Source of the DNA: Lytechinus pictus
Taxonomy: Eukaryota
Direction of reading: 5' to 3'
Length of the DNA: 64,000 nucleotides
NCBI RefSeq assembly: GCF_037042905.1
Contig: NC_087246.1
Span: 2,358,001 to 2,422,000, forward strand
The position numbers and the translations under genes are program-made. Positions 62,166-64,000 of this stretch are shown piece after piece. Positions within the stretch are counted from its first letter, which is position 1; the number at the start of each line of letters is the position of its first letter. The notes under the pieces were generated by a model. It saw only the letters and a list, made by a program, of their open reading frames with translations. It was not told the DNA's origin and ran no database searches.

Positions 62166-63069
62166 TTTCCCCCCCGCGGACGAGGTCCGAATTGAGCATT
62201 AAGCGTTGCCCCTGTCCGTTCTTTCCGTCCGTCCCCCCACTTGGTTCTGCGCAATAACTCGAAAAATATTTAATGGATTAAAAAAAATTTTGGTGTGTAG
62301 GTAGATGACACCAAAATACATGCTTAGTTTGAATTTGGAGTCCGCAGGTCAAAGGTCACAGCTCATTAGAAATGCAAGTTGATTTCTGCATGATAACTTA
62401 TGAAATATTCAATAGATTTTTAAAAAATTGGGTGTGTAGGTACATGTAGATGACACCAAAATACAGGATAAGTTTGAATTCGGAGTCCGCAGGTCAAAGG
62501 TCACAGCTCATTATATAAGCGAGTTGGTTTCCGCATGATAACTTAGGAAATATTCACCAGATATTAAAAATGTTTGGTGTGTAGGTAGATTACACCAAAA
62601 TACAGGCTAAATTTGAAATCGGAGTCCACAGGACAAAGATCAAAGCTCACAGCTCATTATATATTGTTTCCGCATGATAACTTTGAATATATTCACAAGA
62701 TATTAAAAATGTTTGGTGTCTGGGTAGATGACACCAAAATACAGGCTAAGTTTGAAATCGGAGCCAAGGGTCACAGCTCATATCTCATGGTGCAAGTAGC
62801 TATATTGAAAAAATTGATGAGACAGCAAGACCACATTTCCATATGACACAATGAAGTGAGGGATTAACCACATCAAATGACCTGACTGTCATATCTTCTT
62901 TAGAGATTATTATGGAAAGGGTGAGTCTTTAGGTCAAAGGTCTACATTTGTTCATTATATATATGCATATTGGTTTCTGCACGATATTGAGTTCAATCAT
63001 ATTGAATGAATTTCTGATCGCGTTAAGTGGGGGCATCTGTGTCCTTTGGACACATCAAATTTCTAGTTG
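62166..63069. mobile_element. HINE-like element in reverse orientation with about 140-bp tandem units, in an ASPDH intron
   Basis: TTT-CCCCCCGC start, (TCCG)n, four GTAGATGACACCAAAATACA..AGGTCAAAGGTCACAGCTCA units, ends GGGGGCAT...CTAGTT. Confidence 0.7.
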
Positions 63070-63857
63070 ATCGTCTGTAAAGGGAGTGTAGGGTTGGGAA
63101 TTTTTAAAACGGTAGGCCTATAAATCTCCCAAGCACAATCGCTTCATACATAGTCTATGTGCATAACATTCAACAAGCAAAAGTATACACAGACCTGTCA
63201 GACCTGATGCATGCATGTTAAAAATTCTCTTTCTTGACTGTTAAAATTAGAAGTTCTTAATATAAAATCCAACTTTTGTAATAAAATGAAAAAAAAAAAA
63301 CCCCAGAAAAGCGAAAGAAATTGAAAAAAAGGAATAGGTAGTAAATGTTTACAAAGTGAAATCACAACATTAGGCTTATGACAAGTGGTAGGAACCACTT
63401 CCCAATGTATGTATAACATAGAAATTATCAGGAATTTGCGCTTTTCTTCTGTAGGCACCTTTTCCAATGGGATGGTATCACATTGATAGCACACTGAATG
63501 AAGGAGGGAAATCTGAGGAAAGTTTTGGAAATAAAGGATGGCATTGTAGCCATTTTGTTTTTACGACTAAGGCAAATATTAGTGAGCTCTTACACTACAC
63601 CACAATTTTAAATCCCATGATATAGTGACGTTAGTAACTTGCAAAAAGTTGTAATTATTTGTCAGATTTTTATCAAATTTTTGCCTCCCTGTTCTGATTT
63701 TTCTTTTCAAAGAAATTTCCATTTTGATTAGAATCCCCCTTTTAAATGTCAATTCCTGCAATTTACATATGAATAGGCCATCCAGTATACATTTCTAGCC
63801 TTACTGCAACATTACTCATCTGTTCTGTGATGCTTTGATCTGTAATCTTTTTCACAG

Positions 63858-63942
63858 AAATGCTGACCTGATAATTGAAGTTGCCCATCCATGTATATCT
63901 GAAAAATATGGAGCAGATTTCGTAGCAAGTGCAGATTATTTT
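63858..63942 (+). CDS. ASPDH: ASPDH coding exon 3
   Basis: TTCACAG acceptor, NADLIIEVAHPCISEKYGADFVASADYF vs recalled human PDLVVEVAHPKII; GTAAGT donor. Confidence 0.92.
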
Positions 63943-64000
63943 GTAAGTGATTATTTTGCAAGTCATAGTAAAAAATAATGATGGTTGTGTAATGGAAATC

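Noticed and set aside
1..64000. A novel multi-gene or prokaryote-type system (defence, CRISPR, retron)
   Set aside because: The window is spliced animal DNA; the only long ORF is a retrotransposon gag-pol, and the three host genes show no evident shared pathway.

Overview
AT-rich, intron-rich animal genomic DNA. The repeat landscape suggests a sea urchin or other echinoderm, which is my inference from element structures rather than a database match. Three spliced genes can be assembled from GT-AG sites and consistent reading phases: the 5' part of PI4KA (minus strand, 8 exons, 12344 to the window start), a complete CCDC65/DRC2 (minus, 8 coding exons, 46209-38066) and the first three coding exons of ASPDH (plus, 61086-63942). 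Most of the rest is transposon DNA. It includes an intact Mag-like Ty3/Gypsy LTR retrotransposon (29494-34659; identical 155-bp LTRs, TTAGT TSD, single 1376-aa gag-pol ORF), a five-level nest of non-autonomous DNA transposons just upstream of PI4KA that contains a TU-like foldback element, a 5.4-kb piggyBac-type element in PI4KA intron 1, three Helentron/HINE-like elements with internal tandem arrays, many MITEs, tRNA-derived SINEs and LINE remnants. I found no convincing novel multi-gene system. The best leads are two frame-preserving microexon candidates (3 nt and 12 nt), non-canonical catalytic motifs and a CTCF-like site in a very young retroelement, and regulatory motifs carried by transposons. 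Gene identities and superfamily labels come from recalled sequences and terminal/TSD rules; no searches were run.
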